A DNA stretch of 32,000 nucleotides from Candidatus Baldrarchaeota archaeon (GCA_019056805.1 DXJG01000009.1:186015-218014); one strand, 5' to 3'; positions 1 through 10,812 are shown, counted from the first letter of the stretch. Program-made: numbers and translations. The notes: generated by a model from the sequence alone, not told the origin.

Positions 1-409
1 AGAAAAGAGATTGAACATCAAAAAAACACTGACAATGAAAGTCACTTACCATGATCCATGTGAATTAGGAAGATATAGCAAAATCTACGAAGAACCAAGA
101 ACTATAATAAAATCAATACCCTCAATCAATTTAGTAGAACTAGAATTTAATAGAGAGAAATCAACTTGCTGCGGTGGAGGAGGCCTCTTAAAAGCAACAT
201 TTCCCCAAGTTGCTGTCGAAATCGCAAAAGAAAAAATAGAAACTGAAATTATACCTCTCAATGTCAATGCTATAATTACCGCATGTCCATTCTGTTACCT
301 GAACCTTAGAGATGGCATTAGAGAAAGAGAGGATTCTCTTGAAATCTATAACATAGAAGAAATCTTAGCATTAGCTATCGGAGGAAAAAATAATGGAAAA
401 AATCGCTGA
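1..409 (+). CDS. C-terminal part of a CCG-domain Fe-S oxidoreductase (GlcF/LutA/HdrD-like); 5' end lies outside the window
   Basis: YHDPCELGR, CCGGGG and ACPFC cysteine-rich CCG motifs. The frame is open back to the window edge (gaa aag aga ttg), and the stop overlaps the lutB start. Confidence 0.85.
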   Translation, partial: EKRLNIKKTLTMKVTYHDPCELGRYSKIYEEPRTIIKSIPSINLVELEFNREKSTCCGGGGLLKATFPQVAVEIAKEKIETEIIPLNVNAIITACPFCYLNLRDGIREREDSLEIYNIEEILALAIGGKNNGKNR

Positions 410-1655
410 AAACTGGTTCAAATATAAAGATAACCTATATGAAGCATTAGACAATGAATTCATAAGAATCGCGCTTAGAAGAGCAATAAAAGCTTTTAGA
501 ACTAACAGAGATAAAGCGATCCAACGTTACCCTGAAGTTGAAGAAAAAAGAAAGAAATTAAAAGAAGCAAAGGAATACGCCCTTACACATCTAAATGACA
601 TGATTAAAATGACAATAGAATCCTTTGAAGCAATGAAAGGACATGCTTATTACGCTAAAACCGTTAACGACGCACTCAAAATACTCGACGAAATTATCGG
701 CTCAGGAAAACTAATTGTAAAATCCAAATCAATAACCTCAGAAGAACTAGACTTAAATGAACACTTAGAAAAACAAGGAAACACTATATATGAGACAGAC
801 TTAGGCGAATTTATCATACAAAATCTAGGCAGCAAACCTATGCATATTCTTTCTCCAGCAATCCACGTTCCCAAAGAAAAAGTTGCAGAACTATTTTCAA
901 AAATAGTTAACAAAAAATTACCCCCCAATATAGAATTACTTGTCTCTGTTGCTAGAAAATTGCTCAGAGAAAAATTCTTTAAAGCCGACATAGGAATCAG
1001 CGGTGCTAATGCTGTATCAGCCAATACAGGCTCTATCTTTGTAATAGAAAATGAGGGAAACGCCAGATTTGTCACAAATGCCCCTCCAACCTATATCGCT
1101 CTTACTGGTATCGAAAAAATAGTTCCAACACTTATGGATGGTATGCTTCTTGTAGAAGTAGTTTCACGCTACGCCAGCTACTATGCCCCCAGCTTTGTTT
1201 CAATAATTTCAGGTCCAAGTAAAACTGGCGATATAGAAAAAGTTCCAGTATATGGTGTTCACGGACCAAAAGAAGTTCATCTAATTCTACTTGATAATGG
1301 TCGTAGCGAAGTTGCCAAGGATCCCATATTTAGACAAGCACTATACTGCATACGATGTGGAGCATGTCTCTATGAATGTCCAGTTTACGCCCTAACCGCT
1401 GGTCATTACGGTTACAAATACTTTGGAGGCATCGGTGCCATTTGGACTGCTTTTATTGCCGGTGGACTTGAAAAAGCAGCTCCCATTGCATATACTTGTA
1501 CATTATGTGGAAGATGTGTTAAAGCTTGCCCCATGGAAATAGATGTACCAAAAATGATACTAAAATTAAGAACAATGTTGTCACGAAAAGGATATGTACC
1601 AAACTACGTAAAAACAATGATTCAAAACGTATTAACCACTGGTATTCCTTACTAA
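393..1655 (+). CDS. lutB: Lactate utilization protein B (LUD domain plus 2x[4Fe-4S])
   Basis: KSKSITSEE, ETDLGEFIIQ, HILSPAIH, ENEGN, CIRCGACLYECPVY and CTLCGRCVKACP motifs of LutB/YkgF. Confidence 0.88.
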   Translation: MEKIAENWFKYKDNLYEALDNEFIRIALRRAIKAFRTNRDKAIQRYPEVEEKRKKLKEAKEYALTHLNDMIKMTIESFEAMKGHAYYAKTVNDALKILDEIIGSGKLIVKSKSITSEELDLNEHLEKQGNTIYETDLGEFIIQNLGSKPMHILSPAIHVPKEKVAELFSKIVNKKLPPNIELLVSVARKLLREKFFKADIGISGANAVSANTGSIFVIENEGNARFVTNAPPTYIALTGIEKIVPTLMDGMLLVEVVSRYASYYAPSFVSIISGPSKTGDIEKVPVYGVHGPKEVHLILLDNGRSEVAKDPIFRQALYCIRCGACLYECPVYALTAGHYGYKYFGGIGAIWTAFIAGGLEKAAPIAYTCTLCGRCVKACPMEIDVPKMILKLRTMLSRKGYVPNYVKTMIQNVLTTGIPY

Positions 1656-1859
1656 TTGTAATTCGAAAATAAAATTGTGAAAGGGATGAGGGAGGAGGTT
1701 TGATTTCTTATATCCTCCCTCCCTCGATCATCGGAATGCGTACCTCACTTTCTCCCTCCACTTCGCATCTCTCTAAAATATAATTGAACAATCTAATTTA
1801 AGATTTTCGCAGAATATAATTAAAATATTTGCGAAGTATTGAATTGATAAAGCCCGATA

Positions 1860-2723
1860 TTAAACACCTATCAATCTAATATCTTTTTCCGAAGATACTT
1901 CTGCAATCTTAGCATTTACTGGAATAACATAATTTCTAGCTGAAAAAATACTTAATATTTCTTCATCAAAAAAGTAACGATAACCTTCGGGGAATACTTC
2001 ATGTGCCCTAATCATAAGTTCTATGCCATTTTTATTGGCAAATTTCTCATATACATCTCTACCAAAGACTCTTATGCCTGGCCCCCTCATACTGGGTTGA
2101 AATCCTGAAATCCCCTCCCTAGGATCGTTCCACAATAGTTGAAGAACTAAGGGATCTCTTGCTTCAATTAAATTCTTTTCTATCTCTTCTATTTGTTGAA
2201 GAGTTTTCAAATATTCGGCAATTCCTCCATGAAGCGCCAATATATTGTCATTTACTAAGACCGCATATGGCATCTTCGCAAATAACTCACTGTACATGTC
2301 GTAAAAATTCCTATCTAATTTACGCATTACCTCGTGGTAAAAGCCATAATAAAGGTTGGCAAGAGGAGTTTCATGATTACCGCGAAGTAATATTACACTT
2401 TCTGGATAAAGCATCTTCAAGCACAAGACATAATTTAGATTTTCAATTTGAGAAACTCCCCTATCAACATAATCCCCTAAAAAGATAATGTAATCATACC
2501 TTCCATTCAGAAATATCTCTACGATTCTTTTTGTAGAATCAAAATCTCCATGGGTATCGCCAACAAATAAAACATTGTCACCTCTTACTTTTAAAAGAGA
2601 TTTTTCAGTTTCAAATATATTAGAGGACATTTGAATTAATTCTTTAATTTCACTAAAAGTGAGAGAAGAAACTTTATCGGGATTTTGAACAATATCCTTA
2701 ATTCTATTCTCCACAAATATCAC
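1860..2723 (-). CDS. PPP-family Ser/Thr protein phosphatase (PP1/PP2A-like)
   Basis: GDTHG, GDYVDRG, RGNHE, HGG, LLWNDP, IRAHE and FSARNY motifs. Confidence 0.9.
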   Translation of the reverse strand: MIFVENRIKDIVQNPDKVSSLTFSEIKELIQMSSNIFETEKSLLKVRGDNVLFVGDTHGDFDSTKRIVEIFLNGRYDYIIFLGDYVDRGVSQIENLNYVLCLKMLYPESVILLRGNHETPLANLYYGFYHEVMRKLDRNFYDMYSELFAKMPYAVLVNDNILALHGGIAEYLKTLQQIEEIEKNLIEARDPLVLQLLWNDPREGISGFQPSMRGPGIRVFGRDVYEKFANKNGIELMIRAHEVFPEGYRYFFDEEILSIFSARNYVIPVNAKIAEVSSEKDIRLIGV

Positions 2724-2776
2724 CTAATACTTAATTCACGTCCAAAATAGTTCAAAGTTTTATAACTTTTAATACT

Positions 2777-3430
2777 TTACTTTCTTTCTAAACCTAATTT
2801 CTCAACAATTTGTTGAAAGACCTTATCTATAGGATTCATACCATTAACACGAATAAGCAACTTTTTCCCTTCATAGTACTCTATTAGGGGTCTTGTTTCC
2901 TCATTAAAGACCTTAAGTCTCTTTTCTACGACTTCTGGTCTATCATCATCTCGAATAAAAAGCTTTCCACCACAAACATCACATTTTTCATCATGTTTAG
3001 GCGGATTATAATATAAATTATAAACTCTTCCACATGATTTACAAGTTCTTCGAAGCGATAAACGCCGTATAATCTCCTCATCTGCCACATCAATATATAC
3101 CACAGCATCAATTTTAAGACCCACTTCACTTAATATGACGTCTAAAGCTTTAGCTTGTTTTAATGTCCTTGGAAAACCATCCAAAATGAACCCCTTCTTA
3201 CAGTCTGGTTCTTGTAATCGATTCTTTAAAATCTCTATAACAAGTTCGTCTGGAACAAGTTCTCCCCTATTCATATAAGTCTTAACTTTCTCTCCCAGAG
3301 GAGTTCCCTTCATAACCTCTTCTCTCAGGATATCCCCCGTAGATACGTGAGGTATTCCATACGTTTTTGATAACATTTCAGCCTGTGTCCCCTTTCCAGA
3401 CCCAGGCGCTCCAAGTAAAATAATATTCAT
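2777..3430 (-). CDS. adk: Adenylate kinase, bacterial type with zinc LID
   Basis: GAPGSGKGTQA, HVSTGDILR, GFILDGFPRT, CKSCG...CDVCGG and RDDD motifs. Confidence 0.95.
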   Translation of the reverse strand: MNIILLGAPGSGKGTQAEMLSKTYGIPHVSTGDILREEVMKGTPLGEKVKTYMNRGELVPDELVIEILKNRLQEPDCKKGFILDGFPRTLKQAKALDVILSEVGLKIDAVVYIDVADEEIIRRLSLRRTCKSCGRVYNLYYNPPKHDEKCDVCGGKLFIRDDDRPEVVEKRLKVFNEETRPLIEYYEGKKLLIRVNGMNPIDKVFQQIVEKLGLERK

Positions 3431-3612
3431 CGCAACTCACCCAGCAACATCAATATTTGTGATAACCCAATTCTTCAAGATAAATTTTAAGGTTTAAATT
3501 CGTGAAGAACTAAAACGGTAATAGATGTCATTTTCTAATATTCATATATGTCAAATGTAAAAATAATACTACAATTATTAAACAGCTTACCAAGGGATTC
3601 TGAGGTAAGAAA

Positions 3613-4524
3613 ATGTACGAAATAACTGTCATAGGTCATATAGTAATTGATGAAATAAAAAGAGGAAATTTTCAATCCAGAGCAATAGGAGGTGCAGCTA
3701 CGTACAGTACCTTAGCAGCTCAATCCTATGGTGCAAAAACTTTGCTCATCAGCAAAATAGGAACTGATTTTCCTGAGAATCTAATCCTACCCTTAATCGA
3801 AAAGGGAGTAGACATCTCATGTGTTAAACGTGTTTCATCTCCGACAACAAAATTTAAGCTTATCTACGAAAACGACACACGAATTCTCTTTCTAATAGAT
3901 CGTTGCGATCCAATACTTCCAGATGACTTATGTCAGAAAAGTTTTCAAGCAAAATTTTTCCATATTGGATGTGTTGCAAACGAGGTACCTCTATCTACTA
4001 TCAAAACGATTCGATCCAAAAAGAAACACATCTCTCTTGACGTTCAAGGATATATTAGAAAAACAGATGAAAGAGGCAAAGTGTTTTTTACAAAGTGGAA
4101 AGATGCCAAACAATTTTTAAAAAATATAGATATAGTTCACGCCGACATCGATGAAGCAAAAATTATCACCGAGGCTGAGACCCCAGTCGAGGCAGCTAAA
4201 ACACTTATAAACATGGGCGCGAATATTGCCCTTATCACATTGGGAGAGAAAGGATCCTACATAGGTACAAAAAATGGAAATCTCTTTTATGTTCCAGCAG
4301 CTAAGACAAGCAAAAACGTCGATAGTACTGGTGCTGGAGATGTTTATACAGTCATCTTTGCTTTGGAATATTTTAATACGTATGATGTAAAATGGGCAGG
4401 AGCAGTCGCATCGAGTGCGGCGTCGTTCATAGTTGAGTTCCCTGGACCACAAGGTTTCTCTAACAAAAACATAATATATGAAAGAGCCAAAATTCTTCTA
4501 AATCATGTTAAAAAAATAACTTGA
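3613..4524 (+). CDS. PfkB/ribokinase-family carbohydrate kinase
   Basis: N-terminal GGAATY, ITLGEKGS and C-terminal VDSTGAGD signature. Confidence 0.88.
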   Translation: MYEITVIGHIVIDEIKRGNFQSRAIGGAATYSTLAAQSYGAKTLLISKIGTDFPENLILPLIEKGVDISCVKRVSSPTTKFKLIYENDTRILFLIDRCDPILPDDLCQKSFQAKFFHIGCVANEVPLSTIKTIRSKKKHISLDVQGYIRKTDERGKVFFTKWKDAKQFLKNIDIVHADIDEAKIITEAETPVEAAKTLINMGANIALITLGEKGSYIGTKNGNLFYVPAAKTSKNVDSTGAGDVYTVIFALEYFNTYDVKWAGAVASSAASFIVEFPGPQGFSNKNIIYERAKILLNHVKKIT

Positions 4525-4678
4525 CAAGATAAGCTTACTCGTGGTTAATTAGCCAACACAAAGTGTAGTTCTGGTTAAATATTATTGCTGAAAAATTTAA
4601 ATTAAAGACTATGTAAAAAAAGAAAGCAGTCTTTAAATGAGTACCTAAAATGTAGAGAGCTAACTTGGGGTTACTAAG

Positions 4679-6127
4679 ATGGAAGAAAAAACGAGTCTTG
4701 ACAAGTTTAATAATTTTAGTGAATGGTTTAGAACTGTTATAACCGATATAGATTTAATTGATACTAGATATCCCATTAAAGGATGTTATGTTTGGCGTCC
4801 ATATGGATTTAAACTCAGAAAATATGTCTTAGACATTATTAGAAGACTTCTCGATAATACAGGTCACGAAGAAGTATTATTCCCTCTTCTGATTCCTGAA
4901 GATATCTTTAGTCTTGAAAGAGAGCATATAAAAGGGTTTGAAGGCGAAGTATATTGGGTCACGCATGGAGGACTTAGGAGACTTGAAAAACGCTTAGTTC
5001 TAAGACCTACAAGCGAAACCGCCATGTATAGCATGTTTAAAAAGTGGATTCATAGCCATGCAGACCTACCAATTAAGGTGTATCAGATCGTAAATATTTT
5101 TAGATACGAAACAAAAGCTACAAAACCTTTGATAAGAGTTCGTGAAATAACCACATTTAAAGAAGCCCACACTGTACACACAACTGCAGAAGAAGCTGAA
5201 AAACAAATAAAAGAAGCAATCGAAATCTACAGTAAATTTTTCGACGAACTGGGAATTCCCTATATAATTAGTCGGCGTCCAGATTTTGATAAATTTGCTG
5301 GAGCAGTCTATAGCATTGCCTTTGATACCCTAATGCCTGACGGTAGAACCATGCAAATAGGAACTGTACATAACCTTGGACAAAACTTTGCTAAAGCTTT
5401 CGAAATAACATATGAAGACATAGATGGAAAACACCAGTTTGCTCATCAAACTTGTTATGGAATATCCGAGCGAGTTATCGCAGCAGTAGTAGCAATTCAC
5501 GGAGACAATCGCGGCGCTATTTTCCTACCTACAATAGCACCAATACAAGTAGTTATCGTACCAATTATCTATAAGGGAGAAGAAGAGAAAGTAGTTGAAG
5601 CTTGTAAAAAAGTCTTTGACGCTCTTAAATACGACGGAATAAGAGTATTCCTTGATGAAAGAGACATTAGTCCTGGAAGAAAATTCTATGACTGGGAGTT
5701 TAGAGGGGTTCCTATTAGAATTGAAATAGGACCAAAAGATGTTGCAAACAACCAAGTAACTATTGTGAGACGAGACACAATGGAAAGAACAACATGTTCC
5801 TTAGACGAAATGAAAGACGTTATCAAGAAACTATTTACTGAAATCGAAGAAAATCTGAGGAAAAGGGCATGGGAAGAATTTAGAAAAAGAATTTTCAGAG
5901 TTAATAGTTTACGAGAAGTAAAAGAAATAGTACAAAATAGACGCGGTATAGCATTAATTCCTTGGTGCGAAAATGATGAATGTGGACTAAAAATACGAGA
6001 AGAAGTCGAAGGAGAAGTCTTAGGAGTTGTATTATCCAAAGGCATAGCAGATGTAACCGGGAATGAAGTTTGCCCCATATGTAAGAAACAAACAAAAAAA
6101 TTGGCAGCAATAGCAAAAACATATTAA
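4679..6127 (+). CDS. proS: Proline-tRNA ligase (archaeal/eukaryotic type)
   Basis: [33 protein letters not shown], anticodon-binding domain and C-terminal Zn-binding Cys pairs. Confidence 0.96.
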   Translation: MEEKTSLDKFNNFSEWFRTVITDIDLIDTRYPIKGCYVWRPYGFKLRKYVLDIIRRLLDNTGHEEVLFPLLIPEDIFSLEREHIKGFEGEVYWVTHGGLRRLEKRLVLRPTSETAMYSMFKKWIHSHADLPIKVYQIVNIFRYETKATKPLIRVREITTFKEAHTVHTTAEEAEKQIKEAIEIYSKFFDELGIPYIISRRPDFDKFAGAVYSIAFDTLMPDGRTMQIGTVHNLGQNFAKAFEITYEDIDGKHQFAHQTCYGISERVIAAVVAIHGDNRGAIFLPTIAPIQVVIVPIIYKGEEEKVVEACKKVFDALKYDGIRVFLDERDISPGRKFYDWEFRGVPIRIEIGPKDVANNQVTIVRRDTMERTTCSLDEMKDVIKKLFTEIEENLRKRAWEEFRKRIFRVNSLREVKEIVQNRRGIALIPWCENDECGLKIREEVEGEVLGVVLSKGIADVTGNEVCPICKKQTKKLAAIAKTY

Positions 6128-6139
6128 ATTTCATTAATC

Positions 6140-6844
6140 TTACTTTATTTCTTTAGCTATTTTTTGTAACAGAGTTATTGAGTATTTTTCTAGTTTTTCA
6201 AGGAAATCTACCGATTCTTCGACATTTTGATGTTTGTATGTAATTCTCATTAAAATTCTTCTATAAGGATCTCCCTTAAATGGTTCTAAACGCACAATAT
6301 ACCATTCAACTCCATCTTTAGGCATTCCCGTCCATAATTCTATTGCCAAGGGAGAAAGCATAGTTTTCATTACAGTTTTCTTTAATAGCTTTGGTGTTAA
6401 CATGCCTTGAATCATCTTAGACGGATTGATTCCACTATAAACTTGAATATTTGCCAACAACTGCATTTGCGGAACTATGGTTCTAAACCTTTCCTTAAGA
6501 CTTTCACGTAGAATTCCATATGAGGTCCAAAAGTAATCTAAGGCTGTTTGAACTGATCTTGTATCAACCACAAACCCCTTTTCACTTACCACTATCAAAG
6601 AGGTGGCATCCGCTGGACGTCTAAAAAGATATTCAACAAGTTCACCCGGAGGTTGTGGAACTGGTTGCGGTGGAGGAGGAACCATAAGCTTCCTAGTTGT
6701 ATAAGAAAAACCCAGATTCGATAATTTATCAATGAAAATTTGAACAGGAATCGGAGGCCCTATCTTTATTAAATGTTTAAAAATTATATGAACACTTTCA
6801 ACAAAGAACTTTGTCATTAAATCACCGCTAAAAATTTTAGACAA
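6140..6844 (-). CDS. Hypothetical protein with a proline-rich loop (PPPPQPVPQPP)
   Basis: 234-aa ORF filling the space between proS and the TrxR-like gene; no family recognised. Confidence 0.65.
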   Translation of the reverse strand: MSKIFSGDLMTKFFVESVHIIFKHLIKIGPPIPVQIFIDKLSNLGFSYTTRKLMVPPPPQPVPQPPGELVEYLFRRPADATSLIVVSEKGFVVDTRSVQTALDYFWTSYGILRESLKERFRTIVPQMQLLANIQVYSGINPSKMIQGMLTPKLLKKTVMKTMLSPLAIELWTGMPKDGVEWYIVRLEPFKGDPYRRILMRITYKHQNVEESVDFLEKLEKYSITLLQKIAKEIK

Positions 6845-7047
6845 AGATAATTAAAATGTAATGGAAGTCTCAACGTATAATTTGCATTTCTAATTAGGTT
6901 ACCGCCATCTTGTAACAGTAATATTTTTAGATTTGAGCGTGATGTTTAGCTGTAATTTACGGCTAAAACTTGGTCAACTCAGGACTCAGACAATTATCAG
7001 TTTCGGAAATAAATGTTAGACTTTACATAGCTAAAGGAGGCTATAAT

Positions 7048-7983
7048 TTGTCTCTTGAAATAGATCTTATTATTATTGGCGGTGGAGTTGCTGGCCTTTC
7101 TGCAGCCATTCAAGGGGCTAAACTAGGGCTTGAAACCATGATCTTAGAGAGAAAAAATGTAGGTGGTAAAGCTATCGATGCTTATGTGATTAAAGATTAT
7201 CCTGGCCTTACGCAGATTAGTGGTGCAAAACTAATTAGTAACATGAAGAAGCAAGCCCTCGAGAATGGTGTAAGAATTAAAGAACTAGAAGAAGCATTAA
7301 AAATTGATGCTTTCAATGACAAGACAAGAGTGATTTCATCTAAAGATATATATTTCGTTAAGTCCATCATCATAGCCACTGGGGGGAGATATAAAAAACT
7401 TGGAGTCCCTGGAGAAGAAGAATTCATTGGAAAAGGAGTTTTCCATAGTATAACATCTAGTGGCCTTTCTTTCAAAGGGAAAAATGTTGCCGTGGTCGGT
7501 TGTGGTGATATAGCGGTTTTAAATGCTTTAACCTTGGCTAATCTAGACGCTAATGTATATTTGATTTGCAGTGAAAACAAACTGCAAGTAATCGATGTCT
7601 TAAGAAGGAAGGTTCTAAGAAGTAAAATCAAAGTCCTGTTGAATACAAATGTTATTTCCATCGATGGAGATTCTTTCGTTCGAAAAATAACATTATTTGA
7701 TAAAGAAATAAACAAAACTATAGAATTAGAGATTGACGGAGTTTTTGTAGCTTTGGGTATAGAACCTGAAAGCGACATCGCCAAGCAAATTGGTGTCTCT
7801 ATTGATAAGAACGGTTACATCGTAGTTGATAAAAAACAAAGAACAAACATACCTGGAATCTTTGCTGCTGGAAACGTAACAAATGGCATTCTAAAAGTTG
7901 CAGTTTCCATAGGTGAGGGTGCGACCGCTGCGATTAGTGCCTATGAATATATAAAGGGAGTAAAAGTTTATGGAAAAAATTAA
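7048..7983 (+). CDS. Thioredoxin-reductase-fold flavoprotein lacking the catalytic CxxC (possibly FNR-like)
   Basis: IIIGGGVAGLSAA, IIATGG, LGVPGEEEFIGKGV and TNIPGIFAAG. Start moved from 6970 to TTG 7048 because AAAGGAGG lies at 7033-7040. CATC is replaced by SITS. Confidence 0.8.
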   Translation: MSLEIDLIIIGGGVAGLSAAIQGAKLGLETMILERKNVGGKAIDAYVIKDYPGLTQISGAKLISNMKKQALENGVRIKELEEALKIDAFNDKTRVISSKDIYFVKSIIIATGGRYKKLGVPGEEEFIGKGVFHSITSSGLSFKGKNVAVVGCGDIAVLNALTLANLDANVYLICSENKLQVIDVLRRKVLRSKIKVLLNTNVISIDGDSFVRKITLFDKEINKTIELEIDGVFVALGIEPESDIAKQIGVSIDKNGYIVVDKKQRTNIPGIFAAGNVTNGILKVAVSIGEGATAAISAYEYIKGVKVYGKN

Positions 7984-8044
7984 GTATGCAATTCCCATTT
8001 TTTGTTAACATCAAGAAATGTCAATGTACATGGAGGACTAACGA

Positions 8045-9196
8045 ATGAAAATAAAAACAAAAACATTCACTGCAATCTTAATTATGATACTTCTATGTAT
8101 GAGCTCGTTATCCATGGCGGAAGTTGCTGCTTCTCCTGGAACTAGAAAAGATGCCGTTGTTAAGTATATTTTGAATTTACAAGTAGACAAGGGAGGTTTT
8201 AAATCTTTTTCAAAAGACGACCCTAACATTAAAGCTACTTTTGAAGCTATCCACACGTTAAATCTACTGGACAAACTAGGAAAAATTAAGAAAAATAAAA
8301 TTATTGAATGGATTAATGAAACCCTAATCGTTTCTGATGAAACCTCGGAAGATTATGGTTTAATTAGAGAAAGACCAGGCGGAGAAGCAAATATATATAG
8401 CATTTATTTTGGTTTGCAAATATTTAACATACTTGACAAAGATTATACAGAGTATCTGGACCAAGAATATGTTATAAACTGGGTAATGAAGTGTAATACG
8501 GACACTGTTTTCTCCATACGACCTAATAGTTCGGAAAAAGCAATATGGACAACATATTATGCTTTTTCAATAATCTATACGCTAAATAGGACACTTTGGA
8601 CTCAGCTAAGTTCCAACATCACAAACTGGCTTGTAACACTTCAAAATCCTGATGGTGGTTTCTCTCTTGGTAACAATGTTTCTTCATTACCAGAAACGTA
8701 TGCTACCATTAAAATATTAAGCCTTGCAGGACAAATTGAAAACAGCGGAATAGATATAGAGAAATTAAAAACTTGGATTTTAGAAAGAATGCTACCAGAC
8801 GGGTCCTTTGAGGAAATTCCTGGTTCAGGTACTGGTTCTCTCTTCACAATATATCTAGCTATCAATATTCTACATGACATTGATGCTTTGCAGCAATTAG
8901 ACGATAACAGAAATAAAGTGATAGAATGGATACTAAGTTGTCAGAGATCTTCAGGTGGATTTGGACTTTTAAATTCAACATCAGAAGAATCAACAGTTTT
9001 AGGAGAAGCTACTATGGAAGCAACATTCTATGCCATTTCAACTCTATATCTATTAGATCCAGAATTATCAAGTTTAGCGGAGAAACCTTGGTGGGAACTA
9101 CCATTAGGACTTCCTCTTCACATATGGCTGCTATTAATTACAGTGGCTTTGGTGGTTATACTAATGTCAATTTATGTAAAATTTAGGAAAATTTAA
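8045..9196 (+). CDS. Prenyltransferase/squalene-oxidase repeat (alpha/alpha toroid) protein with signal peptide and C-terminal membrane anchor
   Basis: Repeats LQVDKGGF, LQNPDGGF, RMLPDGSF, CQRSSGGF; hydrophobic N-terminus; C-terminal TM followed by KFRKI. Confidence 0.75.
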   Translation: MKIKTKTFTAILIMILLCMSSLSMAEVAASPGTRKDAVVKYILNLQVDKGGFKSFSKDDPNIKATFEAIHTLNLLDKLGKIKKNKIIEWINETLIVSDETSEDYGLIRERPGGEANIYSIYFGLQIFNILDKDYTEYLDQEYVINWVMKCNTDTVFSIRPNSSEKAIWTTYYAFSIIYTLNRTLWTQLSSNITNWLVTLQNPDGGFSLGNNVSSLPETYATIKILSLAGQIENSGIDIEKLKTWILERMLPDGSFEEIPGSGTGSLFTIYLAINILHDIDALQQLDDNRNKVIEWILSCQRSSGGFGLLNSTSEESTVLGEATMEATFYAISTLYLLDPELSSLAEKPWWELPLGLPLHIWLLLITVALVVILMSIYVKFRKI

Positions 9197-9261
9197 AATA
9201 AAACCTTATTTTTTTCGAAAAAAGCACATTGGATGGTCTTTTCCTTAAAAGGTATTAATCG

Positions 9262-10812
9262 TTATTTTATTTTGAATTTTTTAAAAACCTCTGGTATTTC
9301 GTCGATAAGATCTGTTGCAACAATGTGATATCCCTTCTTGTCCACTGCTAAGTCTCCAGCCGTTCCGTTAACAAATGCTGCAACAGCTGCTGCCACTAGC
9401 GGGTCATTTTTCCATGCTAAAAATGTTGCAACTAAGCCTGATAGCACATCACCAGTTCCTCCTACAGACATGCCTGGATTGCCAGTTGTGTTCACTTTTA
9501 CTGTTTTTCCATCACTTACTATATCCCAGTGTCCTTTTAGAAGTATGGTAACACCAAGTTGTTGTGCAGCGTTCTTTACATGTTCTATCCTTTCTTCAAA
9601 CGATAATTTTGTGACATCGATTTTTGTTAAGATTTTAAATTCTCCAGCATGAGGAGTTAATACAGTTTTTGTTCCTGAAAGTATAGTAGGAGATGCAGAC
9701 AATATTTTTAAACCATCAGCATCTATGACTAATGGTTTTTCCTTTTCTTTTAACACTTTAAAAAGTTTTAGACATGCTTCAAGTGTTTCTTTACTTGTTC
9801 CCAAACCTGGACCTATTATTACTACATCGCTTCTTTCAACCAAGGGAATAATCACATCAAATGCATTTGATGTAAGGATTTGGCCTGGATAGTCATGAAC
9901 AATAATGTTAGGTGAGAATCCTCTAATAGCATTTGCTACCTTTTCTGGTGCTGTTATTATGGATATATCGCAACCACATCTTAAAGCAGCCAATGCACAG
10001 AGAGCAGGAGCACCAGTATAAAGATTACTTCCACCAATAATGAGAATTCTGCCAAAATCTCCTTTTTTTGCTTCAGGTTTTCGCATTTTCGTTGCGATAC
10101 GAAGGTCACCTGGACCAACAAGTAGCTCAGCTTCCGGAGGTATCCCTATATTCGCAACCACAACTTCTCCTGTATATTCTTCTCTTCCTTCTAAACCTTT
10201 TTTAAACGCATGAAAGGTCACCGTTAGGTCGGCTTTCACCGCAATTCCATGTATTTCACCTGTATCTGGATTTAAACCAGTCGGAACATCTATAGCAATC
10301 TTAAAACCCTTAGATTCGTTGAAAATTTTAACCGCCGTACGATAAGGTTCTCTCAACTCCCCCCTCACACCAGTACCTAACATACCATCTATCACTATAT
10401 CTGCAGTCTTTATTTCCTTTTCCAGCTCTTTTAACTGTTCAACATTCCTTATTTCGAAAGTTTTAACCGAAGAGAACATATTTCTTAATATGTCCCAATT
10501 TTTTCTAGCTTCATCAGTCCTAATATCAGCAGCTCGCCCTAACAATAAAACAATTACTTTCGCCTTTAAAGATGTCAAGTGTCGAGCAACTACAAATCCA
10601 TCCCCGCCATTGTTTCCTAATCCAGCTAACACAACAATTTTCTTTTCCTTCACATCGAATCTTTTAGAAATTTCTGTAACAATAGATTTACCTGCATTTT
10701 CCATAAGTAGTAATCTTGGAACTCCGAGCCATTCAGAGTTTTCGTCAATAATACTCATTTCTCTACCCGAAATTATCTTCTTTTCATCCTTCACAAGAAT
10801 CCCCACTTTCAT
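9262..10812 (-). CDS. nnr: Bifunctional NAD(P)H-hydrate epimerase/dehydratase (YjeF)
   Basis: LMENAG, GNNGGDG, DGMLGTG, IDVPTG, IGGS..YTGAP, VIDADG, TPHAGEF and GGTGDVLSG motifs. Confidence 0.93.
   Translation of the reverse strand: MKVGILVKDEKKIISGREMSIIDENSEWLGVPRLLLMENAGKSIVTEISKRFDVKEKKIVVLAGLGNNGGDGFVVARHLTSLKAKVIVLLLGRAADIRTDEARKNWDILRNMFSSVKTFEIRNVEQLKELEKEIKTADIVIDGMLGTGVRGELREPYRTAVKIFNESKGFKIAIDVPTGLNPDTGEIHGIAVKADLTVTFHAFKKGLEGREEYTGEVVVANIGIPPEAELLVGPGDLRIATKMRKPEAKKGDFGRILIIGGSNLYTGAPALCALAALRCGCDISIITAPEKVANAIRGFSPNIIVHDYPGQILTSNAFDVIIPLVERSDVVIIGPGLGTSKETLEACLKLFKVLKEKEKPLVIDADGLKILSASPTILSGTKTVLTPHAGEFKILTKIDVTKLSFEERIEHVKNAAQQLGVTILLKGHWDIVSDGKTVKVNTTGNPGMSVGGTGDVLSGLVATFLAWKNDPLVAAAVAAFVNGTAGDLAVDKKGYHIVATDLIDEIPEVFKKFKIK

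Noticed and set aside
1685-1732. Eukaryote-like SECIS (ATGA...GA) downstream of an Fe-S operon
   Set aside because: The kink-turn register gives a poorly paired helix, there is no apical AA motif, and no in-frame UGA at a Cys position is visible in the upstream genes within the window.
6970-7047. N-terminal extension of the TrxR-like ORF
   Set aside because: A strong SD precedes TTG 7048, and homology begins there.
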